Part shown: positions 36,019 through 45,638 of the stretch, piece after piece
How the letters are laid out: the number at the start of each line of letters is the position of its first letter
Position numbering within the stretch: the stretch's first letter is position 1
Source: Kiritimatiellia bacterium
GTDB lineage: Bacteria; Verrucomicrobiota; Kiritimatiellia; CAIKKV01; CAITUY01
Direction of reading: 5' to 3'
Length of the DNA: 64,000 nt
Assembly: GCA_038330175.1 (NCBI GenBank)
Contig: JBBQNS010000001.1
Span: 15,552-79,551, forward strand
Translations under genes and position numbers: made by a program
The notes under the pieces: generated by a model
Seen by the model: the letters and a program-made list of their open reading frames with translations, nothing else
The model's database searches: none
What the model was told of the DNA's origin: nothing

Positions 36019-38139
36019 TCACAACCGCACCACTTTAGCCGCAATATCGTTGACGAATTCCGGCACCCCCACGACCAGTTGGCCTTCGCTATCGGGCGTA
36101 ACCTTGCCCCCATGGGTAATTTCACCGGATACGGTGTCCCACCACTCGAGGCGATAATCACCCGCAGGGAGATTTTTCAGGGCCACCCGCATGCCGGTTA
36201 CCGGCTCGACCTTGGTTCCATACCGTGAAGTGTGCCAGGTGTAGTCAGTGTTATAGATCCACAGGAGCGCACGGCCGGGATACTGAAGTCCTTGCACCGT
36301 GACACGGGGAGCATGGGTCCGATAATTCGTCAGTACCATATGGCCTGTCACAAACATCCCCTCACCGACATTGGTGACGCTGACCGTGTGCTTCCCGGCC
36401 GGAACCGGCACTGTTAATCGATCGCAGTAGAGATCCGCCACTGCGGGATCTTGTGGCTTAATCTTAACCGGGCGTCGCAGCGCCACCACATCGTCAACAC
36501 GGATCTCCGCAATAGGGTCACTCGCGCTCTCCGGACCGCTGACGATGCTGTTACAATTATTCCCTCCACCCCAAACCATGGGGGTGAAGGTCCCCTCCTG
36601 CGGAAAATCTACGTGATAGGTCGTACGGAAATTAACATGCGGCCGGTCCACCCCGTAATAGGTATTGGGCACCAAATGCCCTTCGGTTACCGTGCCATTG
36701 CGCACAATATCGAATTGAGAACGGTAATAATCGCTGCCCGACATCGTAGTGGGCACCTTGAGATCCACGGGCGGATCAAATTGACGCGCAGGTATACCCA
36801 GCGCCGCTACCTCAAGCGGCTGGGTTTCTACCTCATGCCACCGCTCGTCACGCAGGAATTTGGCAATGCCGGTGTAATGCTTTAGCAATCCGTAGCGATG
36901 GATATATTCATCCCAAAACCACATGAAGCCCGGCCCACAGGACTTTGCCAAAACCGCTGTTGACCAGAGAATATTATGCAGCGTACTGCCATCGTGTTCC
37001 CACACACTTTGCGCACCGGCAAAAGACACCCCGACTTCGCTGGCGATATGCGGTTTTCGATAAAGCTCAACATTACTCTCGTGATAGCCTTTGAGCAGTA
37101 TGGAAATGTGCTCCACACTATCCATGTATCCGTAGTGATGAGTGTGAGTAAATTCCATCTCCGGCAAACGCCACATCGCAGCGAAATTCAACGGGTGACC
37201 CGTAGAAGTGGTGATGATGTGTGCGACAGGATCAGCTTGCCGCAATACTTGCGCCATCTCCTGATGCCAGGCCAGCTGCTGATGGGCATTAACCGATTCA
37301 ATACCGCATCCATCGACTTCATTCCAAAACTCCCAACACCAAATCGCCGGACTATATCCCCACCGGGCGGCTACATATTTCATCTTTTCCCGCGTCATCA
37401 ACCGTGCTTCTGGCAGATTGAAATAATCCGCAGTAGTCTTACAGGGGCCCCCATTCTCGAGCCCATAGGGCGACCGGGACAAATTGCCCCCCACCCAGTT
37501 ATTCGCCGCGTCGATACAGAACATGATACGCAATTTCAGTCGTTCCGCCGCTTCAATGATGAGATCAAGCGTGGCACAGCCGCCCATCGATAATTCACCA
37601 AATTTAAGAGGAGTCGCCTCCTCGCTCGAGCTCCAGTCGATAGACTGCGCCCATGAGGTGTTGGCCCACAATCGAAAAGCAGTCCCTCCGGCAGCGGCAA
37701 GCTCCTCCATCATGCTTATTAAATCATCAACGTTCTGTCCAGGTTGCGTATTACAGGACCGTGCCCAGCATAAGTTTGAGCCGATCGGGTAAAAAGCCTC
37801 TCCCGCATCTGTCTTAAAAGTGTAGTGGTTGGGGCTAATCCGCACATAACCGGAATGGGCGGCGGCTTCCGCTTTAAAGGTATCCTCACGGCCCGCCAGG
37901 GTTTTGACCTGAGAAAGTTCAAACCAGGTACGCAGATGATACGTGCCCGCGAGCGTCGGCGCATAGCGCAATCGGAACTCCGATGGGCCGACGGCAAAAC
38001 CGTTCACATGTAGCAGTTTGCCATCAGGCAGGGTAAGCTCTCCTCGCAATACAATTTGCCGCGTATCAAAGGGATTACCTGATACATTCGGAGCCAGCAC
38101 GGATATTTCATAACGGGAAAATACGGGTAAGGTCTTCAT
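36019..38139 (-). CDS. Glycoside hydrolase family 5-like (DUF5060 + GH5 catalytic domain) protein
   Basis: The GH5 acid/base region WEFWNEVDG, a TIM-barrel length, and an N-terminal Ig-like domain. The start at 38139 is MKTLPVF. Confidence 0.7.
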   Translation of the reverse strand: MKTLPVFSRYEISVLAPNVSGNPFDTRQIVLRGELTLPDGKLLHVNGFAVGPSEFRLRYAPTLAGTYHLRTWFELSQVKTLAGREDTFKAEAAAHSGYVRISPNHYTFKTDAGEAFYPIGSNLCWARSCNTQPGQNVDDLISMMEELAAAGGTAFRLWANTSWAQSIDWSSSEEATPLKFGELSMGGCATLDLIIEAAERLKLRIMFCIDAANNWVGGNLSRSPYGLENGGPCKTTADYFNLPEARLMTREKMKYVAARWGYSPAIWCWEFWNEVDGCGIESVNAHQQLAWHQEMAQVLRQADPVAHIITTSTGHPLNFAAMWRLPEMEFTHTHHYGYMDSVEHISILLKGYHESNVELYRKPHIASEVGVSFAGAQSVWEHDGSTLHNILWSTAVLAKSCGPGFMWFWDEYIHRYGLLKHYTGIAKFLRDERWHEVETQPLEVAALGIPARQFDPPVDLKVPTTMSGSDYYRSQFDIVRNGTVTEGHLVPNTYYGVDRPHVNFRTTYHVDFPQEGTFTPMVWGGGNNCNSIVSGPESASDPIAEIRVDDVVALRRPVKIKPQDPAVADLYCDRLTVPVPAGKHTVSVTNVGEGMFVTGHMVLTNYRTHAPRVTVQGLQYPGRALLWIYNTDYTWHTSRYGTKVEPVTGMRVALKNLPAGDYRLEWWDTVSGEITHGGKVTPDSEGQLVVGVPEFVNDIAAKVVRL

Positions 38140-38216
38140 TTGGTGGCACATATTGGAGAGAACCCCATAAACCGCAAGCACGAAAATCACGGTAAATTAT
38201 GAGGGTAGCGTAGGCT

Positions 38217-39215
38217 TTACACCCAGTAATAGAGTTCGCGGTACCATTTGGCCCAAGTTCGGAATCCGGGATTATCGGTCACTTCCGCCGCCGCCACTAG
38301 GGCGTCTGATGGGAACCCAAAAAAACGGTCTTTTCGGCCCAATAAGTTTTTAAACGCTTCCATGGCGGGCAAAAGGCGCTCGTTCCGAGGATGATAGACC
38401 ACCGAGGAGAATACCTTCTTATACCGGCCATTCGGATCGGCTTCAATGGCCGTCGCCAACAGCTGATTCCGCCATAATTGATTCAGCGCGCCCTTGAAAG
38501 GACAGGATGCCTCTTTCTGCAGGGTTTCAAGCGGAAAAGCGGATTCATTCTGCAAGGTGATTTTCCAGTAATTAAACTTTTTCGCAGAATGGTAGTAACA
38601 GTTTTCCCGCCCTAACCGTGCCGCTGCATTACTATCACAGGCCTCCTTGTGCCGGTTCGCCGGACTTCGATAAGCCCCGCATGCAGCAAACTCAGCTTCG
38701 GTCAATTTGTGCTCAATCAACCACAGACACAACTCCCCCTCCTGGTTCCGGTACGCGATCGCGATATCCACATCGGTTCCGCTGTCCGGAGTATGGTCAC
38801 CCAGCCGATTCACCCCTTGATCCCAGAATTCGAGGCGAAAGCCATGGCCGAGTTCCTCAACTGCAATCGATTTCAAGTCCGTCTTAACCGTCCTCAAAAC
38901 CTCAGCAGCACACACAGGCGACTCCATCAGCGGCAAAAATAGATTGGCACACGCGATTTGCGAACTGGCCATGTGGCCGGCGAATTTATGCGTCTTGAAC
39001 GGGAAGTTTTTCTGATGATTCAGGAACTGATCTCGAACGGGCCCATAGAGGTGCGGCAGCCCCTTCTGCATCTTCCCCGGCAAAATAACATCGTATAAGG
39101 CCCCGCCGAAACTGCCCGGCAGAGCCGTTATATTCCGGCTTTTCCACTCGCACAAATGGCGATACATCTCTTGCTGGAATTCATTTAATTGTTCAGGTAT
39201 TCGATATTTTATCAT
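38217..39215 (-). CDS. Hypothetical protein with a PD-(D/E)xK restriction-endonuclease-like motif
   Basis: GTDVDIAIAY...GELCLWLIEHKLTE fits the D-x(n)-(D/E)-x-K core of the PD-(D/E)xK fold. No family match was recalled. Slightly lower GC than its flanks. Confidence 0.4.
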   Translation of the reverse strand: MIKYRIPEQLNEFQQEMYRHLCEWKSRNITALPGSFGGALYDVILPGKMQKGLPHLYGPVRDQFLNHQKNFPFKTHKFAGHMASSQIACANLFLPLMESPVCAAEVLRTVKTDLKSIAVEELGHGFRLEFWDQGVNRLGDHTPDSGTDVDIAIAYRNQEGELCLWLIEHKLTEAEFAACGAYRSPANRHKEACDSNAAARLGRENCYYHSAKKFNYWKITLQNESAFPLETLQKEASCPFKGALNQLWRNQLLATAIEADPNGRYKKVFSSVVYHPRNERLLPAMEAFKNLLGRKDRFFGFPSDALVAAAEVTDNPGFRTWAKWYRELYYWV

Positions 39216-39561
39216 TTAGTCTGCCTATTCCATCATCAACGCCCGCTTTGCGAAAGCGGATTAAAAAAGCGGAGCCAGCCGTGAAGCAGGCCACAAATCC
39301 GAGAATAACGGCCATGCGGAACCACGGCTGAGACAAGTCTTGCCGTTGACGGGCAATGCCCACCAGGGTGCGAACCCATTCGGCCGCTGCTAGCGCCAAC
39401 AAAATCTGCACCATGCGTGTGGCCCATACATTTTTAATCAAAGTGAGCCAGGGGAAAACGAGGCCGAGAACCACCAACGGGAGTATCTCCATCCGGAGGA
39501 AATGCGCCGAGATTAACACTCCGCTCACCACTGATCCAACCATTCCTATTTTACGCGTCAT
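39193..39561 (-). CDS. Small integral membrane protein (~4 TM), probably co-transcribed with the nuclease-like gene
   Basis: Overlaps the 3' end of 38217–39215 by 23 nt. Four hydrophobic helices. The start codon is uncertain (39561 or 39675). Confidence 0.4.
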   Translation of the reverse strand: MTRKIGMVGSVVSGVLISAHFLRMEILPLVVLGLVFPWLTLIKNVWATRMVQILLALAAAEWVRTLVGIARQRQDLSQPWFRMAVILGFVACFTAGSAFLIRFRKAGVDDGIGRLNDKISNT

Positions 39562-39657
39562 ATTTTTGCTTTCGTTGCGATCATAAAGCAAGCTGGGGTT
39601 AAATTCAAACTGCAAAACCTGGTTTGGCAAGGGCCTCTGATGTGATAGATTGAAGCT

Positions 39658-40425
39658 ATGTTCGGACTCATCCATAGACGAAGGCGACGATTAAAGGCGC
39701 AATCATTCCCTACGGAATGGGCGGGAATGATTGAACGTAATGTCCCATTCTATCAGCACCTGCCCCTTGACGATCAGCGCGAATTGCAGGGTCATATCCA
39801 GGTGTTCCTGGCCGAAAAACGGTTTGAAGGATGCGGGGGATTGGCGATAACCGATGAGATCCGTGTGACGATCGCTGCCTATGCCTGCATGTTGCTGCTC
39901 CACCGCGAGACAGACTATTATCCCTTGCTTGTCACCATTCTGGTCTATCCCCATACCTTCGTGGTGCCGCGATATAGGGAGGGGCCAGCGGGCCAGGTTC
40001 TGGAGGGCTCCGAAACGCTGGTAGGCGAATCCTGGCGGTACGGGAATGTGGTGCTGGCCTGGGACGAGGTCCGGCGTAGCGCCTTTGATCCTCATGATGG
40101 GCATAATGTGGTGTTTCATGAATTCGCCCATCAACTTGACGAGGAAGACGGATCCTCGAATGGGGCACCTATTTTACCTCAACGGACCCTGTATGGTGCG
40201 TGGTCCCGGATATTAGGAAAAGAGTATGCCCAACTGGTAAATGATGCCGAGGAAGGACGTGTTTCATTTCTGGATCAATATGGGGCCACGAACCCCGCAG
40301 AGTTCTTTGCCGTTGCGACGGAGGCATTTTTTGAGTCACCGGTCAGCCTGCGCGCCAAACACCCCCAACTCTATTCAGAACTGATGGCCTATTATCAGCA
40401 GGATCCCGCCGCGCGGGATGGATGA
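39658..40425 (+). CDS. mtfA: MtfA (Mlc titration factor A) family zinc-dependent peptidase, M90
   Basis: HEFAHQLD zinc motif, and a C-terminus AFFESPVSLRAKHPQLYSELMAYYQQDP that parallels E. coli MtfA ([28 protein letters not shown]). Confidence 0.8.
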   Translation: MFGLIHRRRRRLKAQSFPTEWAGMIERNVPFYQHLPLDDQRELQGHIQVFLAEKRFEGCGGLAITDEIRVTIAAYACMLLLHRETDYYPLLVTILVYPHTFVVPRYREGPAGQVLEGSETLVGESWRYGNVVLAWDEVRRSAFDPHDGHNVVFHEFAHQLDEEDGSSNGAPILPQRTLYGAWSRILGKEYAQLVNDAEEGRVSFLDQYGATNPAEFFAVATEAFFESPVSLRAKHPQLYSELMAYYQQDPAARDG

Positions 40426-40509
40426 TGGGTTCGGCGTCATTTAGCCACGCCCCCAATCTTCGCCTAAACAATCTGAAGCCTCCCTGAGATCTCCGATACA
40501 CCCGGTATT

Positions 40510-40599
40510 CACGCGGCTCAGCAAGCTTCGCCCACCAAAAAATATGATCCATAAGGTGGAGACAATTCTTCTGGAGGGCGAAGCTTGCTGAGCCGCGTG
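40510..40599. repeat. 24-bp perfect inverted repeat (CACGCGGCTCAGCAAGCTTCGCCC ... GGGCGAAGCTTGCTGAGCCGCGTG) with a 42-nt loop containing a nested CCACC/GGTGG stem
   Basis: Exact reverse complementarity is seen directly in the sequence. Not followed by a T-tract, so not a canonical terminator. It lies in the 330-bp gap between mtfA and the large glycoside hydrolase gene. Confidence 0.6.
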
Positions 40600-40752
40600 G
40601 GCAGGGTGAATCAGGCGAGTCTATCGGGGCCGGAACGTTCTCAGGTGCGGATTTCTTGGCCAAACGGCACAAACTATGCCATAGTCTTTACCGCGATGCC
40701 CAAAAAAGGCACGTAATAATAACCCGTTGGATCGTTTTGGAAGGTCAATTAT

Positions 40753-43700
40753 ATGAAAAAGTCCTTACTCGATGTTTTCAAAAACCCCAGTGCCGAATAC
40801 CGTGGCGCCCCGTTCTGGGCCTGGAATGGTAAACTCGAACCCGAAGAACTGCGACGGCAGATCCGGATCATGCAGCAAATGGGCTTAGGCGGATTCTTCA
40901 TGCATTCCCGGATAGGGCTCTCCACCCCCTATCTCTCCAAAGACTGGTTCAACTGCATTGATGCCTGTGTGGACGAGGCTAAGAAACAGGGCATGTCTGC
41001 CTGGCTATACGACGAGGACCGTTGGCCCTCCGGCGCCGCAGGCGGTTTGGTCACTAAAAACCCGGAGTACCGGATGCGGAGCCTGAAGGTTCATACGCTG
41101 GACAAATCAACGGATCTTAAATGGACCCAAGACACCTTGGCCGCCTTTGTTGCACGCATTGAAGGTACTTCTGTATACGATGTCCGACAGGTTTCAAAAG
41201 GAAAAACTGCTCCAAAATTAGCCTCTGGAGAAAAATTGATCGTATTCGTCATAGAATTGCAGCAGGGAAGCAACTGGTATAATGGGTTCACCTACCTCGA
41301 CACCCTCAACCACAAAGCCGTCAAAGCCTTCATTAAAGTCACCCACGAGGCCTATAAAAAACATCAGGGCAAGGAGTTTGGACGCACCATTCCCGGGATG
41401 TTCACGGATGAACCCAATCACGGCAACAAACTTGGGCATGACAACAACACGGGCGATCCGGGTGGTCTTCCTTGGACCGGAGCCCTGCCCAAGACTTTTC
41501 AGAAGCGCTATGGATATAACCTCATCCCGCATCTGGTCGAATTGGTCTTTGACGTCGAAGGGAACGGCATACGCCCCGCACGCCTGCACTACCACGATTG
41601 CGTAACACATCTTTACGTCGACGCCTTCAACCGCCAGATCTTTGATTGGTGCGCGAAAAACAAACTGACCTATACCGGACACCAACTGGAAGAGGACTTC
41701 CTTTCCAGCCAGACCAATATGGTGGGCAGTTGCCTCCGCACCTACGAGTACATGCAAGCACCTGGCATGGATCTGCTGACCGAGCGCTGGCGCGTTTTCA
41801 ACACCGCGAAGCAGGTCAGCTCCGGCGCACGTCAGTTCGGTGCCAAATGGCGATTGACCGAAACCTACGGTTGTACCGGCTGGGATTTCCCGTTCGCAGG
41901 TCATAAGGCACTGGGTGATTGGCAGGTGGCCCTAGGCATCAACCTGCGCTGTCAGCATCTCGCTTGGTACACCATGGAAGGTGAGGCTAAACGCGACTAC
42001 CCCGCCAGCATTTTCTATCAGTCACCCTGGTGGCAGTTGTATCCTAAAGTCGAGGATTATTTTGCCCGTATTCATACCGTCATGACTCGCGGCGAGGAAG
42101 TCCGGGATCTGTTGGTGGTCCATCCCGTGGAGAGCATGTGGATGCAAGTCAAAATTGGTTGGCGCGGTAATCCGGCTACTCATCATTTCGACAACCAGCA
42201 CACGAAACTGACTGAATCCCTTCTGGCACAGCATCTTGACTTCGACTTCGGCGATGAGGAACACATCGGACGTCTTGGCAAAGTGGCCAAGCAAAGCGAC
42301 GGTCCCGTTTTTCGCTTGGGCGATGCCACTTACAAGGCCGTTCTGGTACCTCCACTCAAAACCATGCGCCGGACCACCCTCGCCCTGTTGAGGAAATTCA
42401 AGGCAGCGGGGGGTACGGTCGTGTTTGCTGGCACGCCCTCAGCCTATGTCGACGCCGTCGCGTCCACGGATGTGGTTGATTTCGCCACGACCTGTCCGGC
42501 CGTTCCCCCCAACGGATCAGAGGTAGGCGCGCCGTTGGAAAAGACCTGCCGCCGGATTTCAATTGCCGACGCCGCAGGGAAGGAAATCAGTCCAGCCCTC
42601 TATCTGTTGCGCGAAGATCGCGACACCTTCTTCCTCTTCATCTGCAATACTAGTGAGGATTACACCGCCACGCAGGAGTATATCATGAACCAGCCCCAGG
42701 CACGCGACCGTACGCTAGCGTTTAGCGACGTTCGTATCCGCGGGCTCGCGGGTTGTAAGGGCGTTCCAGTTGAATTGAATCCCGAAACCGGTGCCCCCAC
42801 CGCAGTTGATTTCACCCGCAGTGCGAATGGCCTGGAAATCCGTACCAGCCTACCCACCCTTGGCAGCCGCCTGTTCTTGATACCCAAGGTGGCCACCGGC
42901 CTTCCCCTGGCAGCGGCGCCTATACTCAAAACACTGCGGACCAATAAACTCAGCGGTAAGAAATGGGATATCACTCTTTCGGAGAGCCCTAATCTGGTAC
43001 TGGATCGACCGCGCCACAAAATTGGCGACGAACCGTGGCAAAACGCTGAAGAGATCCTGCGCGTTGATCGCAAGGTCCGAGCTTCCATGGGGATCCCGCA
43101 CCGGTCAGGCGATATGATTCAGCCTTGGGCGAGGACTCCTAATTCGAACCCGAAACGGACGCAGGTCTCCTTGGCCTACACCTTCGACTGTCAGGCCTTG
43201 CCCACTGGCGACCTGTTCGTCGCCCTGGAACAGCCACAGACTTTCCGGGTGTCACTGAATGGCGTCCCCGTAAGTCAGGACGCTCAATGTGGCTGGTGGG
43301 TGGATCTCTCGATGCACAAGTTACCACTGGATCCGGCGGTATTGCGCCTGGGCCAGAATGAACTGGTACTGGAATGTGATTATGTCGAAACTCACCCCGG
43401 CTTGGAAATCGTATACCTGCTCGGGAACTTCGGAACACAGGCCCATGGCACGAACGTGGGCATCACCGCCCTGCCAACCTCACTCCAACTGGGCGACTGG
43501 GTGCCACAGGGGTTAACCTTCTACTCCGGTTCCGTCAGCTACCGACGACGCGTCGAGTTGAAGGCCGGGAAAGGCGAGCGCCTGTTCATCCGCGTCCCCG
43601 AATATCGCGGCGTGGCGGTGAGGGTTTTGGTGGATGGCAAGGAAGCCGGAATTGTAGCCTGGGAACCCAATGAAGTCGAAATCACCGGTCTTGCCAATGG

Positions 43701-43890
43701 CACGGCGGACTTGCAGATCCAACTCATCGGGCATCGGCGCAATTCGCATGGGCCTTTCCATCTGACTGAAAAGTGGCCCAGCTGGACTGGACCGGGCGAA
43801 TTCGTCCGGAGCGGCGATGGATGGCTTGACGGCTATCAACTTGTGCCCTGTGGCCTGATGGCCGAACCTGAACTCATCGTGCGAAGCTGA
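40753..43890 (+). CDS. Large glycoside hydrolase, probably GH106-like (alpha-L-rhamnosidase-type); the family is assigned from memory
   Basis: N-terminus EYRGAPFWAWNGKLEPEELRRQIRIMQQMGLGGFFMHSRIGL...WLYDEDRWPSGAAGG recalls the Glyco_hydro_106 N-terminal consensus. A 1045-aa ORF with no signal peptide. Confidence 0.55.
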   Translation: MKKSLLDVFKNPSAEYRGAPFWAWNGKLEPEELRRQIRIMQQMGLGGFFMHSRIGLSTPYLSKDWFNCIDACVDEAKKQGMSAWLYDEDRWPSGAAGGLVTKNPEYRMRSLKVHTLDKSTDLKWTQDTLAAFVARIEGTSVYDVRQVSKGKTAPKLASGEKLIVFVIELQQGSNWYNGFTYLDTLNHKAVKAFIKVTHEAYKKHQGKEFGRTIPGMFTDEPNHGNKLGHDNNTGDPGGLPWTGALPKTFQKRYGYNLIPHLVELVFDVEGNGIRPARLHYHDCVTHLYVDAFNRQIFDWCAKNKLTYTGHQLEEDFLSSQTNMVGSCLRTYEYMQAPGMDLLTERWRVFNTAKQVSSGARQFGAKWRLTETYGCTGWDFPFAGHKALGDWQVALGINLRCQHLAWYTMEGEAKRDYPASIFYQSPWWQLYPKVEDYFARIHTVMTRGEEVRDLLVVHPVESMWMQVKIGWRGNPATHHFDNQHTKLTESLLAQHLDFDFGDEEHIGRLGKVAKQSDGPVFRLGDATYKAVLVPPLKTMRRTTLALLRKFKAAGGTVVFAGTPSAYVDAVASTDVVDFATTCPAVPPNGSEVGAPLEKTCRRISIADAAGKEISPALYLLREDRDTFFLFICNTSEDYTATQEYIMNQPQARDRTLAFSDVRIRGLAGCKGVPVELNPETGAPTAVDFTRSANGLEIRTSLPTLGSRLFLIPKVATGLPLAAAPILKTLRTNKLSGKKWDITLSESPNLVLDRPRHKIGDEPWQNAEEILRVDRKVRASMGIPHRSGDMIQPWARTPNSNPKRTQVSLAYTFDCQALPTGDLFVALEQPQTFRVSLNGVPVSQDAQCGWWVDLSMHKLPLDPAVLRLGQNELVLECDYVETHPGLEIVYLLGNFGTQAHGTNVGITALPTSLQLGDWVPQGLTFYSGSVSYRRRVELKAGKGERLFIRVPEYRGVAVRVLVDGKEAGIVAWEPNEVEITGLANGTADLQIQLIGHRRNSHGPFHLTEKWPSWTGPGEFVRSGDGWLDGYQLVPCGLMAEPELIVRS

Positions 43891-43943
43891 TTGCAGAGCA
43901 CTTACCTTGCAGTGGCGGGCGTTTTGGATATGATGTTTTCATC

Positions 43944-45626
43944 ATGACGATGAAAGATCAAATCAAGACGCTTGCCACTGAACTGGGGTATCAGGTTTGT
44001 GGCATTACGGGTATCCAGCCGTTTGAAAAATATCAAACGGCTCTCAAAGAACGCTCTCTGCGCTTTCCAGAAGCCGCCCACCTCTATCAGGAGATGGAGC
44101 AGCGTATCGATCCCACCACTAACGCACCTTGGGCAAAGTCCATCATCGTCGCGGTCCGCCGTTATGGAAAATACGACCTACCCGACTCCATCACCGGACA
44201 CATCGGGCGGAACTATCTTTGTGATCGTCGCATCAAGGGGTGTCCCGATAACGCCCTGCCGAAACGCATGAAGCAGGGTCTCATCGCGCTGGGACACCGC
44301 GTCAAAATAGGAGGCGTGCCCTGTCGAGAAGCCGCCGTCCGCGCAGGAATCGTTAAAATCGGGCGAAATGGATTTGCCTATGCCGACGGGTGTGGTTCCT
44401 GGCTGAATATTGAGGCTTGGCTGATTGATGCTGAGCTTGAGCCCGACGCGCCATCCACCCAGAAGGCCCCCTGCCCCCCGGGATGTCGAGCCTGTCTGGA
44501 TGCCTGCCGAACGGGCGCCCTTGCCGAACCCTATGTTATGAATATGAAGCGCTGCATCGCTCGCTTGACCTACGGCGAAGAGGCGCCCATTCCCACTGAC
44601 TTGTGGAATAAAATGGGGCCTTGGATTTATGGATGTGATGACTGCCAGACTGCCTGCCCCATGAATCATGGAAAATGGAGCCCGCTGGAGCCTGCCCCTT
44701 GGATTAAGGACATTGCCGATCGTTTAACGCCAGAGGCGCTCGCCTCCATGGATTTGGATACCTACAAAAAAATCATCTATCCTCTTTTCTGGTACATTTC
44801 CGAAAATGATGTGGAACGTTGGCACCGAAATGCAAAACGCGTGATTGAATTGGCTAAAGAGCACCCACCCGCTCTACCTCGCACGGCGACGTACTTCGAA
44901 GGGACGCGCCCTTTGCTGTTTGAAAACTTATCCCTGCCCTCGGAACTACGCGTCATGGTGCTCGCCCCACATCCCGACGACTTTGATGCTATCAGCGTTA
45001 CCCTTCGGTATCTACACCAGAACGGTAACCCCATTAACCTGGTGGTACTGACTTCAGGTGACAGTGGCGTCGAGGATGACTACGCCAACGCACACCTGCC
45101 GTTGACCAAAGCCGAAATCCGGGAAATTGAACAAAAAGCCAGCTGCCAGTTTTTCGGCCGACCTGCGGAGCATGTCCAATTTCTTCGGTTCGCCACCGAC
45201 GCGATGGGAAGTATGCTGGCGGACACCGAGAATCTCGAAAGTCTCCGCACCTCCATTCTGGCGCTCCGCCCGGATATTGTCTTTTTGCCACACGGAAACG
45301 ACACCAATGCCGATCACCGGCGCACGTATGCCTTTCTCCAAAAATGTGTTCAGCAGGAAAAATTATCACTGGTCGCCTGCTTAAATAGGGATCCCAAGAC
45401 CATCGCCATGCAGGAAGATATGTTGACACTATTTACGGCAGAAACTGCGGAATGGAAAAAAGAATTGCTACGATTCCATGATTCCCAACAGCAACGCAAC
45501 CTTCGCACGCGTGGACATGGCTTCGATGACCGGGTGCTTAAAAGCAATCTACGCTCTTTGCCAGCAGGGCAGGATTCATTACCCTTTGCCGAAATTTTCG
45601 AACTGGAATTCTTTTCCCACGAATAA
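43944..45626 (+). CDS. Fusion protein: N-terminal epoxyqueuosine-reductase (QueG)-like double-[4Fe-4S] domain joined to a C-terminal PIG-L/LmbE deacetylase domain
   Basis: N-terminus MTMKDQIKTLATELGYQVCGI (QueG/DUF1730-like), then CPPGCRACLDACRTGAL...CDDCQTACPMNHG ferredoxin motifs. C-terminus VMVLAPHPDDFD...HGNDTNADHRRT is a LmbE signature. Confidence 0.6.
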   Translation: MTMKDQIKTLATELGYQVCGITGIQPFEKYQTALKERSLRFPEAAHLYQEMEQRIDPTTNAPWAKSIIVAVRRYGKYDLPDSITGHIGRNYLCDRRIKGCPDNALPKRMKQGLIALGHRVKIGGVPCREAAVRAGIVKIGRNGFAYADGCGSWLNIEAWLIDAELEPDAPSTQKAPCPPGCRACLDACRTGALAEPYVMNMKRCIARLTYGEEAPIPTDLWNKMGPWIYGCDDCQTACPMNHGKWSPLEPAPWIKDIADRLTPEALASMDLDTYKKIIYPLFWYISENDVERWHRNAKRVIELAKEHPPALPRTATYFEGTRPLLFENLSLPSELRVMVLAPHPDDFDAISVTLRYLHQNGNPINLVVLTSGDSGVEDDYANAHLPLTKAEIREIEQKASCQFFGRPAEHVQFLRFATDAMGSMLADTENLESLRTSILALRPDIVFLPHGNDTNADHRRTYAFLQKCVQQEKLSLVACLNRDPKTIAMQEDMLTLFTAETAEWKKELLRFHDSQQQRNLRTRGHGFDDRVLKSNLRSLPAGQDSLPFAEIFELEFFSHE

Positions 45627-45638
45627 CAATAAGAGAAT

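Noticed and set aside
36976-37593. 205-aa plus-strand ORF inside the GH5-like gene
   Set aside because: Antisense shadow ORF within a CDS that has clear GH5 motifs.
41218-41904. 228-aa minus-strand ORF inside the large glycoside hydrolase gene
   Set aside because: Antisense to a 1045-aa CDS with a conserved N-terminus. No independent evidence.
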